Positions 1 to 11,822 of a stretch of 64,000 nt of DNA are shown here, piece after piece (position 1 is the stretch's first letter; each line of letters opens with the position of its first letter). Location of the stretch: positions 3,785,136 to 3,849,135 of the forward strand of contig BCIN01000001.1 in NCBI GenBank assembly GCA_039545335.1, written 5' to 3'. The DNA is from Kondoa subrosea. Taxonomy: Eukaryota. The position numbers and the translations under genes were made by a program. The notes below the pieces were generated by a model that was not told the DNA's origin, did no database searches, and saw nothing but the letters and a program-made list of their open reading frames with translations.

Positions 1-720
1 CTTGAGCTAGTGCGCCTGCTACAGCTCCCAGAATGAGTTCCATACTATTTCGAAGATCAGTTTGGGGCTGGAATCAGCGGAAAGTAAGAGAGTCCTACGC
101 AGTTGAAAGTGATTTTGGCGAAACAGCTACTCCGTGAAGCCATGGATACAACCGCTCTATGTACGCTCCTCGCACTATTGTAGCCCAGTAGAAGTAGGCG
201 CTGCATAAGGAGACATTTATCAGATGCGAAATCAAAATGACATAGACAGAAAAGTACAATTGCATAGTGAAAGAGTTGATCATTGAAGCACTGTAGCCGC
301 GATAGAAACCAGCGAGACCTTGTTCTTTCAACAGCTGTTTCGCTACTGCCCTGATGCCCGGAGCTGAACGAGGTAACCTTCTTGGTGCTCCATCTCGCTT
401 GATGACTTGATCTGGTAGAGACTGTTGCGCTTCAGCTCGCTCATCGGCCTGAATCTTGGTCTTGACGCTGATGATTAGCGAGATTGTCAGAGCCTGCCGG
501 ATACTCATGGGAGAAGAGTACTGACGTATCCAGAGGATAGCTGAAGCACTGGATGAGCTTTAAGAAGTCCTGCATGCTTCAAAACATACACAAGCGAATT
601 GGCGAAGACTCCTGCAAGCCAATCCAATCAGCCTTCTGACAAGGGATAAGATGGGCCCCGCTACGAACCTCCCAGAGCACCAGCGAGTGCATTACCAACT
701 GGCGTTAGCTTCTCAGTCAT
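1..720 (-). CDS. ANT1: Mitochondrial-carrier-family protein, peroxisomal adenine nucleotide transporter-like (5' part; runs off window start; multi-exon)
   Basis: Spliced N-terminus MTEKLTPVGNALAGALG..FANSL.YPLDT.KTKIQA (carrier signature Px[DE]xx[KR]xxxQ), then EQGLAGFYRGYSASMINSF..AYFYW and LSTA.ELILGAVAGALAQ, typical of fungal Ant1/Pmp47. Confidence 0.8.
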
Positions 721-826
721 GATGTGACACGGATACAAGGTGCAGGCAATTCGAGATCAAGCGGTCAATGGGAAGACAAGAAGTTGACCGGGTATTCTTA
801 GACGCCGGACACCTATCATTACAACT

Positions 827-3800
827 CTAGAATGCTAGCCAGCGATGAGCAAGCTTGGTAGCTAATACAGTAGATCCCGTAGTCAGGTATATCTGACAAA
901 GATTATACGCCGCAATCTTCTTCAATCCAAGTTGAGCAGAAGGAGAGGTCGAGTCTTCCATCTCTATGGCGCGTTGATAGTGTCTGACTGCATGACCAGT
1001 AAGACCTGGGTGAACTGTAAGCTCTGGTAAGGGGGAGAGAAAAGATTGGCTCACTCAAATAGTGGAAGATTCTGCCAAGGTTGTACTCGACTTCAATGAG
1101 AGGTTCACCTCGAAGCTTCCGATATTGGTCGAAGAAAGCCAGTGCTTGAGTGATTTGATGTTGTCTGTTATCGCTTTGTCGCTGCATGGCTCGATGTAGG
1201 TAGGCGATTCCACATAGCAGATTGACTAGAAGATCGTCAGGTGCCGCTTCGTAGGCTCGTAAGAGATAGACTACCTCATCTGGTCAGCGTGAGTTGTAAA
1301 AGGGCAAGATCACTTACGGATGGACGGCTGGTAGCTCTTCGAAGCAAGCAGTCCTTGACCATAGAGGGAGAGGAAATGCGGGTTCAATTTCGTTAAACGG
1401 AAATGTAAGAACTCTTCATCATCCATATCAACGTCAGGCTGCTCATCCGATGGGCCATTGTGCTTTATATCGATGACTATTTTGTCCATGGCTTTGATTT
1501 GACGAAGCAAGAATTTTTGCAAGTTCGATGCGGAGAATGAAAGGGAAGAGGTATTGTTCTGAGAGAGACAAGCACCAAGCAGTCTGAGCGGATCAGTCTG
1601 AAATTGCTGTTTGAGTACGAATTTGCGCAGTTCTTCAGATACTACCTCATAACGCTGAGCATACATAGCGAATGAGACCAGGCCGAAGCGGAGAGCTCTT
1701 GTTCGATGATATTCTGTCTTGAAAACTGCAGCTGTGAGCAAATGCTTGATCATTTCTTCGGCTTCGTCGAATTCGCCATTCACCGTCAGAGCACGACCAT
1801 ACTTTTTCATTTAGTAGATAAGATCAACCGAATCCCGACATGTATGATAGAGGCTCACTCTTAGTATCAGTTGAAGCCATTCATCAAAAGTAATACCGCG
1901 GAACGAATCCAGATATTCTGGTCCTTCGAGCAAATCGTCATTGTCTATTGTAGCTGCGTTAGCCTTATATCACGAGCTGCAATGTCACTTACCCATAGCG
2001 TCCTCCATGCGGTCAAGCATAGCGTTTGCTTTGGCGTCGAGATCTTGTTGAGCTGCTTTCATTCGCCTTCCGCCTCGGAAGACACCCTTGAATTTGGATT
2101 TCTATTCATCGCAAAATCAAAGGGGATATACCCTTGAAGAAACTGATGCTTACACCATCGGTGGGAAACAGAGCTCTAGTTTCTCGAAAGCCGTCAACCA
2201 GACTGCTAGCAAGGTCAAGCCATTCTCTTGTCGCAGATTCATCGCCGTTCTCCATATCAGGCTCAATAGACTCCAATTTCCGTATTGTAGCTTCATACTC
2301 TTGCTCACGCTCCCGTTCCAACTCGAGTCTTTCATCCCTGTCAAGCTTAGTTCCAGAAGGTTTAGGAGGTCTTCTTTTGCGCTGCTTAGTCTTCTCTGAG
2401 GCTGCCAGAAGATCGTCTGGATCTAGATCTGCTCCATCCGGCGCATAATCTGGATCAAACAAGTCCTCTCGTAGAGTAAAGGAAGGTTGGAATACTCCGA
2501 GCTGTTGGATCGGTGGAAGCTGATTGAGATCTATCAACGCTTCTCCCTCCACTCCGGCTCGAGGTACAGGAGCTCTTGATCTCTTATCTCCGCCCTTCTT
2601 CTCCGCAAGCTTAGCCAGACGCTTTGCTTTTCGAAGTTCAAGTACTGCAGAGAACATTAGTTCGACTTCACCAAGCTATTTTATGATCGACAACATACCT
2701 GAATTTACTAAAACCATCGCTTCGTCTCGTCTATCGAGCGCTTCAAGAACTTCAGCTTGTTGCAAACGAGCATCCATATTCTCGGGTTCTTGCTGCATGA
2801 CATTCTCGAAGCATTCAAATGCATCTTGGTGGTTACCTAGCTCTTTGTTGCATTTACCAATCCGGAATATAACTTCTGTAGTGTTGGTCTGAAAAGTCTA
2901 AGCCAAGGCATTAAAAGGACGTTAATGAGCTCACAATATCACACTGAGCCATATCTGAGTATAATTGTAAGGCGTCTTCGTAGTACTTGCCATCAAAGTA
3001 AGCATCTGCAAGTTCACCGTATACTGACGGATAATCGAAAACGTCTAATTGCAGTATGGCTTCAAGATGACGCTGATACATCTATTAAGCTGTTTTATCC
3101 GTGAATAAGCAAATCTAAACTCACTTTAGCTTCATCTAATTCTTTGGTAGCCAATCGTCCGATCAACAAAGTAGCTCTCAGTTCAGGTGCCAATTCAAAC
3201 ACAGGTAAGCTCTCTAACACTCTCAATTGCTCATCAGCATCCCAATTCGGTCTCTTCTTTCGCTCCAAATCGAATTCCCGATCATCTCGAAATCGTACCC
3301 AAATTTTGCCTTGCTCTAATCTACCTTGAAGCCATCTTGCACCGGTTTTCAGCGTATCCATGATGTCGTACCAGGAATTTCTTCCCTTCATGAGATCCGT
3401 TAGCAATTGCAAATCTTGAACTTCCAAAGCGCCTTCGACCGGTCCGGCAGGATAATGCTTTTGACCATAATCGAACGCTTTATGCAACAATTGATACGCT
3501 TTCTCTCTTTCTTTCAGTTGCAGAAGTAGAGGAACAAGAGTTCGTAAAGTCATGGCATCGTGGGGATGAAGTTTGAGAAGTGCTTCAAATCCATTAGCAG
3601 CTAGACGAGTCTTGCCTATCTCCATGTACAGAGCTGCTCGATCCCATAAAGCGTCCACGTCGGTTTTGTCTGCTTTGACAGCTTGAGTATAGCAGTAAAT
3701 GGCTTGATTATGCAGATTGAGTTGACGTGAGAGTATAGCATGTTCTTTCCATGTTTCACTGCTTTTTGGTCCAAGATGGGCAGCAATGATTTGTACTTGA

Positions 3801-4573
3801 AGCGATTTCTCTTGATTGCCTAATTCGTTGTGAATAGCGCCGAGTGTATTCCAAGCTGCTTGAATAGCAGGTTCGATACGAATGACTTCTTGGAGAATAT
3901 TCATAGCTTCCCCGTAGTCTCGCATGATGTACAGCATATTGGCACGACTGAGTAATTTGGCTACTTCTGCAGAAGGAACTACATCGGCTCGACTTCGAGT
4001 TTTCTGACGTTTCCCTTTCTTGGTCATCTTGCCTACGTCGAGTTCCTCGTCTAATTCTGCTAGAGCTTCTTCCGTTGTTTGATCCCAGGCTTGACTGAAG
4101 ACTCCGCCTCGGACGGTCATATCAGCGGCTGAGCCAATCTGGGGGACACGCATAGCAGAGATGAGTCGTCTAGCCGCAGAACATCAGCTTGACATTCCGC
4201 AACAGCGCGAGTTGTCTCACGTGAGCTCTTCATCCTGTCAAGCATAGATGAGCTTCTGCAACCGGCTAAAGAACAGACGCACTTCATCTCCATCTCCGCC
4301 GAGACCATCCACCTCAAAGCCAGGTAGAATTGGGGTCGCCTTTGCTTTCCCTTTGCCTTTCGACTTAGCTGACTGCTGCAATTCCTCTTCCTCTTCGACT
4401 TCATCCTCATCATCTTCGTCTTCGTCGTCGTCGTCGTCGTCGTCGTCATCAAGCTCTGTAGAATCTCCATTGCTCGAGTTATTATCTTCATCAGGTGCTT
4501 TTCGAGATTTCGATGGTCCAGCTACAGGCGCATCCCCAAAGAGAGCAGGATCAAGAGGAAAGTCATAAATCAT
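827..4573 (-). CDS. TFC4: RNA polymerase III transcription factor TFIIIC TPR subunit (tau131/Tfc4/Sfc4), multi-exon
   Basis: Acidic N-terminus, TPR array (ANMLYIMRDYGEAMNILQEVIRIEPAIQAAWNTLG..IAAHLGPK), C-terminal MQRQSDNRQHQITQALAFF..EVEYNLGRIFH..AAYNLCQIYLTTGS..LAHRWLAF. Confidence 0.92.
4386..4450 (-). repeat. (GAC/GAT/GAA)n trinucleotide tract encoding the Asp/Glu run of Tfc4
   Basis: Plus strand reads tcttcgtcgtcgtcgtcgtcgtcgtcatc; translates DDDDDDDDDEDEDDEDEVEEEEE. Confidence 0.9.
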
Positions 4574-5559
4574 CTGTACGGGCTCCGGATATCGCAGTAG
4601 CTGGTATACTCTAAGGCAGAATGGCCGTGTCAAATAAACAGAGGGAAATTTGGCAAAGTGCGTGCATCCGCAAGACACGCTATTTGCTCCAAAGTTGTGA
4701 AGCATTACCAGTCACAGTGCCAAAAACCCTTTCTGGCAAAAGCAAGGGATGCGCGCGATGGAACCGTAAATTGATTATGTAATCTATATTATGCACGGAT
4801 CAAGTATACAGAGGAGTACGACCCCATCATATGCCCAAGATTGGACCGGATGTCGGAAGCGAGAAGAGCCTAGAATGTAAACCCATCAGACAAACTGACA
4901 AATTGAAACCAACATCAACTCACGATGGAAGTGCGCCAATGCTACAATGGAAAGCTGTTGATGAGACCACAGCAGGTCTTGTGACTCGATGAACCGAAAG
5001 GTAGACTAGAGAGATATAGTTAGTAGAGGTCTGCTGGCAGAACGAGCGAAACTTACTCGTCACTCCCTTAGCATCGCGTCATGAAGTCCAACTCATCCAT
5101 ATGATGGTTGAACTCCTGACAGTGAACACGACGAGGGCATATCGTGTCACCCGACCTCATTTGATTTTGACTTTTTGTCACCTTCAGCCGAGAGCGTTTG
5201 AAGCTCTTGTTTGTATGGCTCGTGAAAGGTTTCACAAAGGAACGGAATCGCGAGGATACTTTTTCTACAGGCAAAGGATATTAGTACATGTTAAAGATCA
5301 AGGAAAGAAGAGATTTACTTACGCAATTCCGGCCTGTAGGTGCTTAGCAAAGCGTTGGCACACTTTTTCTCCCACTTCAAGCTTCTTCCATCCAGACCAG
5401 ACTTCAGAGGGTATATCCAACTCTTGAAAAAAGAGTATAGGGCACAAACAACACAAACGAGGACACAAAGCTGTACAAAGCTGAAAAACAATTAGCGAAT
5501 AGTCGGGCAAAGTAAGAAAACGGAACTCACAATACCCCGATTCCTTCACTAGCCCATCA

Positions 5560-8534
5560 CTAGCCCATCGCTTGCAAGACTGAGAGCAGCATCTTGTAAT
5601 TTGCAAGCATGCCATTTCGATCATCTGAAATTGGTTGAGCTTGCCAATAAGCGATATCTTCCTGTAGACTACTCTTGGCTTTCTCCAGCCCACAAGCAGG
5701 CTCTTTTCCAGGCAGATCCTTGCTCCGTTTGACCATCCAGTCCACTAACTGCAGGACTTCCGACTGGCGATCGCAACGGTTTTCGAATCGAGTTCGGATT
5801 GCCATCAAGCCAGAAATTTTGATTGCGCATTGTTTGTGTTCGTTTACTTGATCATTAGCTCGCTTGAGCTGTTGTTGAAGATCCTTGAGCTGATCTGAAG
5901 AAGTTCTTTTAGTAGCAATGAGTTCTTGCTGAAGCTGAACCAAAGCTGAAGTATCTGATGAAGGAGAAGCAGAAGTACGTTGTATCGCAGCGATCGATTT
6001 TGCATGGCCAAGAAGAGCGTCAAAAGCAGCGTGATAGCCAGTGCAGCAGTCAACAGCTTGTTTTCGAGCCAATCTGAGATTAGGCGAAGATTTGCCATTG
6101 GAGCTTGTGCATCCATCCAACTTGAGCTGGAAAGTGTCGATTTGATGCATGAAGCCGCCGACTACCTTCAAAGCGAAGTCTTGAGCGAGTGTTTCAGCTC
6201 CAGATGCAGCAGAAATGAGAGTCTGAGTGACTTGAACTAAAGCTTGAGGAATTTGGGCTAGCATCTGAGAGTGAAGAGTTTGAACAGTCTTGAGGGTTTC
6301 ATCAAGGACTTCCTCGACTACTACTTGGACTCCATCGTCGCTATCGCTATCGCATTCTCTGACACCGCTATCATCGGCCGATGAAATCCTGTCCAGCTGG
6401 CCTTGCAACAATCTGTTGCGAGCCTTGATAGCGTGAAGTTCTGAACTCAATGCATTGATGTGAACCAAGTGCTCGGTGCAAGTTTCTACAGCAGGAGAGT
6501 GCATAACAATCGAGTTGGTTCCGCCTAAATTGCCTGAAAGTCTAACTTGAAGGTCAAAGATTTGAGTGTTGAGCTTGACAATAGTGTTGCCTTTGACCAG
6601 TCCAACTTCTTCTTCGGTTGCGAGTTGTGATTGTAAGCGTTTAATGTGAGCATTTGCATCGGTGAGCTGGTCATGGATATCGCTGGATTCTGATTGAGCG
6701 CCTTCAAGTTGCTTGGACAATTGAGAAACAGCGCCCGAAGAAGAGCCCGAAGAGAGGAGGCTGGCGATATGAGCTTTGTAACCGGTGATGGCTGTGTTGC
6801 GTTTAGCGAGTTGTGCTTCAAGAATAGCGCATAGAGAAGTGGCTTCTTCCAATTGCTCGGTGAGATGGGTCTTGTCAACAACAGCAGACTTGGCTTGAGA
6901 TTTGAGTTCGAAGACTTCTGCGTTCAGACCAGCAATAGCGGATTCACGAGCACCAGCGTCGAATCGAGCATCGGTAGTGTTGATTCGAAGTGTGTTGCAT
7001 AATGCTTCAGATCTTGCCAGATCTTTGGAAAGCTGGGCAATCTTGGCGACTGAGCTTTCGAGTTCTTGACGGTGAGCAACGCGCAAAGATCGATCTGAAG
7101 CGATTCCTTGTTTGAGAGACAGAAGTTGTCCTTCTAGAGCAGATAGAAGAAGGGAAGTGCAGTGTTGAAAGAAACCGATAGCAGATCCAGATTGAGCTTC
7201 AAAAGGCGCTGGAGGCAGATTTGAGTGAAGAGAAGCAATATCGGCGAGAAGGGCGTCGATATCATGAGTATTGATCCAGCCAGCTTGGGTGCAGTATTGC
7301 TCGTATATGTTTCTTGCAGCTGGCATGATCTTTTGTTGAGCTGCCCAATAGGTCTCCTTGATCTGACGGATAGTAGGATCTTCAGGTTGAGTAACATCAT
7401 TGACCATGTTCCAATAGTTGCCAAAAGGCTTCTTAGCAGGTAGATCTAACCAAATCAATGAGTACACGTGACTTAGGACCAAGACAGAGGAATGCTTACA
7501 TTGACCAATGCTTGATCTGAAGACGAATAGCATTCCCATAACACCAATCACACCGAATACTGAGGCCAAGCTACCAATGAATCGCACAACTCTTCTCACC
7601 AAGCTTGATTGAAGAGCCAATTCATTCCTGAGCCTGTTGCCTTCACTTCGAGCTGCATCCAACGCCGCTTGAAGCTGATCTATCTTTGATACTTTCTCTT
7701 GCAACTCCGCAATCTCGTCTTTAGCATTCCACAAATCCGTCTGAGCTTCAGCTAAATCAGCTTTGCAAACATCGTTTCGAGTATCGCAAGTAGCCACAGA
7801 TTCAGTCATTGCTTCATTGCGTTTGAGCGATTTTGCCAAATCAGAAGAAAGTTGCTTGATCTGCTGGGCAAGGGATTGCGATGTAGATTTAGCAGCTGAA
7901 AGAAGTTCATCTGATTGTTTGGTTGTAGTCGCAAGAAGAGCTACGAGAGAAGCTTGAGCGGTTTTGGACTTGATCAAATCAGACTGCAAACGAGTATGAT
8001 GAATGAAATGCGTTGCCATGTTATCGCGAGCTTGTTGCGTGACCTTTCCCGTAGATTTCTGAACAACCAAAATTAGCATAATGGTAAGGAATGTGAGCAG
8101 TAATGCACACCTTAGGCAATTTAACGCGTTCCTGAAGACCGCATTGCTGGAAATCTTGCCAATTCTGGGGTGCGGGTTTGAGCAAATGATGAACAGCCAA
8201 GCAAATATCATTGTTGTATTGAGGTGCAGCGCAGACCATGATATCGGAATGAGCTTTAGGTAGAGCAAGAGCCAAACGAGGTGAAGTAGGTTGACCGACG
8301 AAAGAATTGATCGACATGGAAGTGAAGGGATTCTTCATATAATTGACGGCGATGAGGTAGACCAGTAGCGATATAGTTACAATATTGCCGAGAGCAGAAG
8401 CCAAAGGCATCAATGTGGAGACTTTGCAGTTTGGGAAGCAGAGCTTCATCATAGGTTGACGGAAAGCCAACATTTCGAATGATGGTAGAAGCGGAAGAAC
8501 AAGAAGAAAAGCGGCAGCTGCGAAGACTAGCCAT
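5560..8534 (-). CDS. Uncharacterised long coiled-coil protein (~940 aa) with one central predicted TM helix and a Cys/His-containing N-terminal region
   Basis: Three ORF fragments join in frame via introns 8299-8254 and 8110-8059 (gtgtgc..gctaat..ttcag); a further in-frame intron lies at 7499-7446 (gtaagc..ttag). Heptad-rich helical sequence; hydrophobic FIGSLASVFGVIGVMGMLFVF. Confidence 0.7.
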
Positions 8535-9038
8535 GCTCTCAGCCACAGGAGTGAATTATCTCGCTAAAGGCATTATTCTGGCCCTGACCGAGGCACAAAA
8601 GTCGTTAGACGGTTCTCAAAGATCTTTGGGTAGCAAACAGGCTTAGCGCGCCTTGACGTGAAGGACTACAGCATAGAGCATAGTAGGGAGCTATGCGAAA
8701 TAGCAGAGCAGCAAAGCGAGACATTCGAGCGAGATTCGTCTTCCAGATATTTGAGTGCATCATTGTGGTTTCAAAGCTGGGTTCGTCTGGATTTCTAGCG
8801 TAGTAGGTCACTGTCATGAGGTATAGCAGCTACATCAGGCATGAGTTGCAGCTGGATACTGCCTGCTTCGACGTCGGGATTCAAGCTGTTTCGATTTTGA
8901 TAGGTCATCCCAGTCAGCCAATCAGCGCGGGACTCGCACTTACCTGCTTCAAACATGTCTGCGTTCTCTCATTCTACTAGACCTTCCTTATCGCGATTGC
9001 TCTCGCGACGGTCTGATCGCTCTTCCGAGGAGTTCAAG

Positions 9039-10891
9039 ATGTCTGCTGCACAGCTGGTGCTCTCTCTGCCCGAGCTTCTCAATCTAGTTCTATCCTTCGT
9101 AATTTCTTCCCTTCCTGTCTCTTTTCTTCGTCTCTGATCGCAGAAGACTAGCTACCTCGGGCGACTCTTGAATCGTCTCTATTAGTCAACTCTACTTGGA
9201 ACGAATGCAGCGTCCGCCTGATTTACGGACATCCAGATCACGGTAATCTATCGATCAATTGCAGTGTCTTAGCGTTTGACTCCTGCGAATAGGCCTTGCT
9301 ATCAGCTCTGCTCCTATCGGCATAGCACTGGTCAATTCGACAAAGCGTCAAGCGTTCTTGAGGTCTGTTCTCAAGAGTATTCAGATCACCAGGTATGTGT
9401 TGTGGCCTTGTCTTCACATCACTGAATGTAGCGGCAGAGCTTCGATGTGTTTCTTCACCTTGTTGCCCGACATCTGCCCAAATCTGAAGCATCTGACGCT
9501 CACACCAAGCGGTTTGTGAAGGTATATCGCTTCGTGAGACGCTACTTAAGTGACTACTATAGCTTCGGTGCTGCATTCCAGTTTGGTCGCCATTATACCG
9601 CAATTGCAGTCTCTGACAACTCTGAAAGTACTCGCGCAAGACAGTGAGTGCAGCTTCGTACTATACTATTGAGCTAATGATGGTGTAGCTCGACCTCCGA
9701 GTAGGGCGGCTCGAAGGCGCCAGCCTCGAACTGGAGCGGCGGCATTGTTTGCTGTGCCCACCGCTTTACCGACCCGTAGATATCCTGCCGTTCCTGTATA
9801 TTCTCTACTTATTCGCGCGTGGTATAGCATTCCAAAACACGGGTGGTCTAGACAGGGCACTTCAAGCTTTAGCCAAAGCTCGATCAGACTCCCATTTACC
9901 TGGTCTAAGCAGTCTCACAATCATCTCTTCGCCCGATCTAACGGATGAAGGACTACACGACTATCTGTCGCTGTGCGGGTCCTCCATCAAATCTCTCGAA
10001 CTCGCTTTGTGCGACTGCTTGACCGAAGATTCGCTACAAAGTATTGCCGACTTCTGCTCAGTTGTCGAGCACTTGGAACTCAAAGACCTGCAATTCTTCG
10101 ATCAAAGCGAACAACCACTGCTCGGTGCTGCAGTATCTCGCCACGAGTCTCAAACATTCGACACCAACGACGCACTTTGTCAACTTCTTTCTAGCTGCCT
10201 GCACCTCACACATCTCACCTTGACTGAATTACCTGGTCTTTCATTCTCCATACCACGGTACAACAACATCACTTCCCGCTCAATTACACATCTCAAATTA
10301 AGCGGTCTCGAACTCATTCACCCTGTTGATCTATATACGTTTCCTTCCACGCAACACCTCACTATATCCCACTGTCCTTTTCTAACCGCTATTCCAGTCA
10401 ACGCACTTGGATTAACGGAATTGAGAACGCTCAGTCTACTTTCAACTCAGGAGAGTAGCTTATGTCTACATAATTTACACGATTTATGCTTACTTGGTCG
10501 AGGAGATGATGTAAGAACGAAAAAGGGCAAGAGAGGATTGAGAAAGATCGTTCTCGATACTGTCCCGAACTCATACACTACATATCAAAGTACGTGTCCA
10601 TTGTATTTCTTCCAAATGGATACTGATACGGTATGTTTTGAAGGAGAAAGCTATGCACAATTCGCCCTACAAGCTGCTTCAGCTCTACCAGCTTCTTATC
10701 AACCTTACCTGAATCAACAAATCCTCTCACCCGTTACACCTAGCAGTCTGATAGTGGATATTCTAGCTCAAGCACAAGATCTAGAAAGCGTTTGGCTCTT
10801 TGGTATGCCGGATCATGAACGTAGATTAAGAAGATGGGAAGTAGATCGCTTGTTGAGAGATTCGGGAAGTTTGTTGGTTGTCAATGTGTGA
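9039..10891 (+). CDS. F-box / leucine-rich-repeat (RNI-like) protein, multi-exon
   Basis: Spliced F-box SLPELLNLVLSFLPRATLESSLLVNSTWNECSVRLIY; Cys-containing LRRs (LSSLTIISSPDLTDEGL, IKSLELALCDCLTEDSL, LTHLTLTELPGL). Confidence 0.8.
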
Positions 10892-11822
10892 AGGAAGCTA
10901 TCAGAAGGCAATACAGAACATCAAGAGAATGACGAGATAGGCAGAAACGTTGAGCAGTCTTGAAGAAGCGAACAAGTGGATAATGCACGAAGCTGTTGGA
11001 GCATGACTGGCCAGACTGACTGCAACAATTACGAAGCACGAGGATCTGGACCAAGCTGGATACAACATCAAGATGTGAGTTAGATTGTCATCGCACAGCT
11101 TCGTAGCTGACCATAGATCGTTGTGAAGTTCTTTGGATTCGATCTCTGTCGCGATATAGCGATCCAGATGGCAAGAAAATTATGCTATCCCAGCGTTCTT
11201 TGAGGATGATATAGCGGTACCATTGGGGAGATTGTAGAAGTTGTCGTGGTGATGATGTCGTTAGGAGGAACTGCACTGATTTCGATAATAGAATTACATG
11301 TATCTAAGCAATGCTAGTCTATAGAGCTCAGGCAAGCTCCAGTGAGGCTAGATCGCGCCTGCGAACATTCCAGATGGATAACCGTCGAAAGTGGAGCTTG
11401 TGGCCCGCCCATATGGAGTTCGAGATTTGGCTTTAGGATGTTTCTGATTGGCTCTCTTCTTTTCCCGCAACCAAGTAGTCGATTCACTTCACTGCTCAAA
11501 TACATCAGTGAGCCACTCGTCTATCTCACAAGCTTCCTTGCTGACTGCGTCTCTGCTCATAGCAACGTGCGTGTGCTGACCCCACATCTTAGTTCGCATC
11601 GCTTATTCTATATAATACATTTCAGCCTACAAGTGAGCTTGACTCTTCTTATGCCTGAGGACTCGCTGATCCATATCGTACAGCTACACCACAAGTTTGT
11701 TTCTTGTTCTGTCTGATCTGAATATCAGTGCTAAAATCAGCCACAATCTCAGATTCACTTCAAGTGAGCGAGCATTGTCTACCCCTCCATTCGATCTTAA
11801 CTCATATTGCTGTTGCTGTAGA

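Noticed and set aside
8059..8268. Two apparent N-terminal TM helices in the listed 902-aa ORF
   Set aside because: They come from reading through intron 8110-8059 and an exon in the wrong frame; the spliced model removes them.
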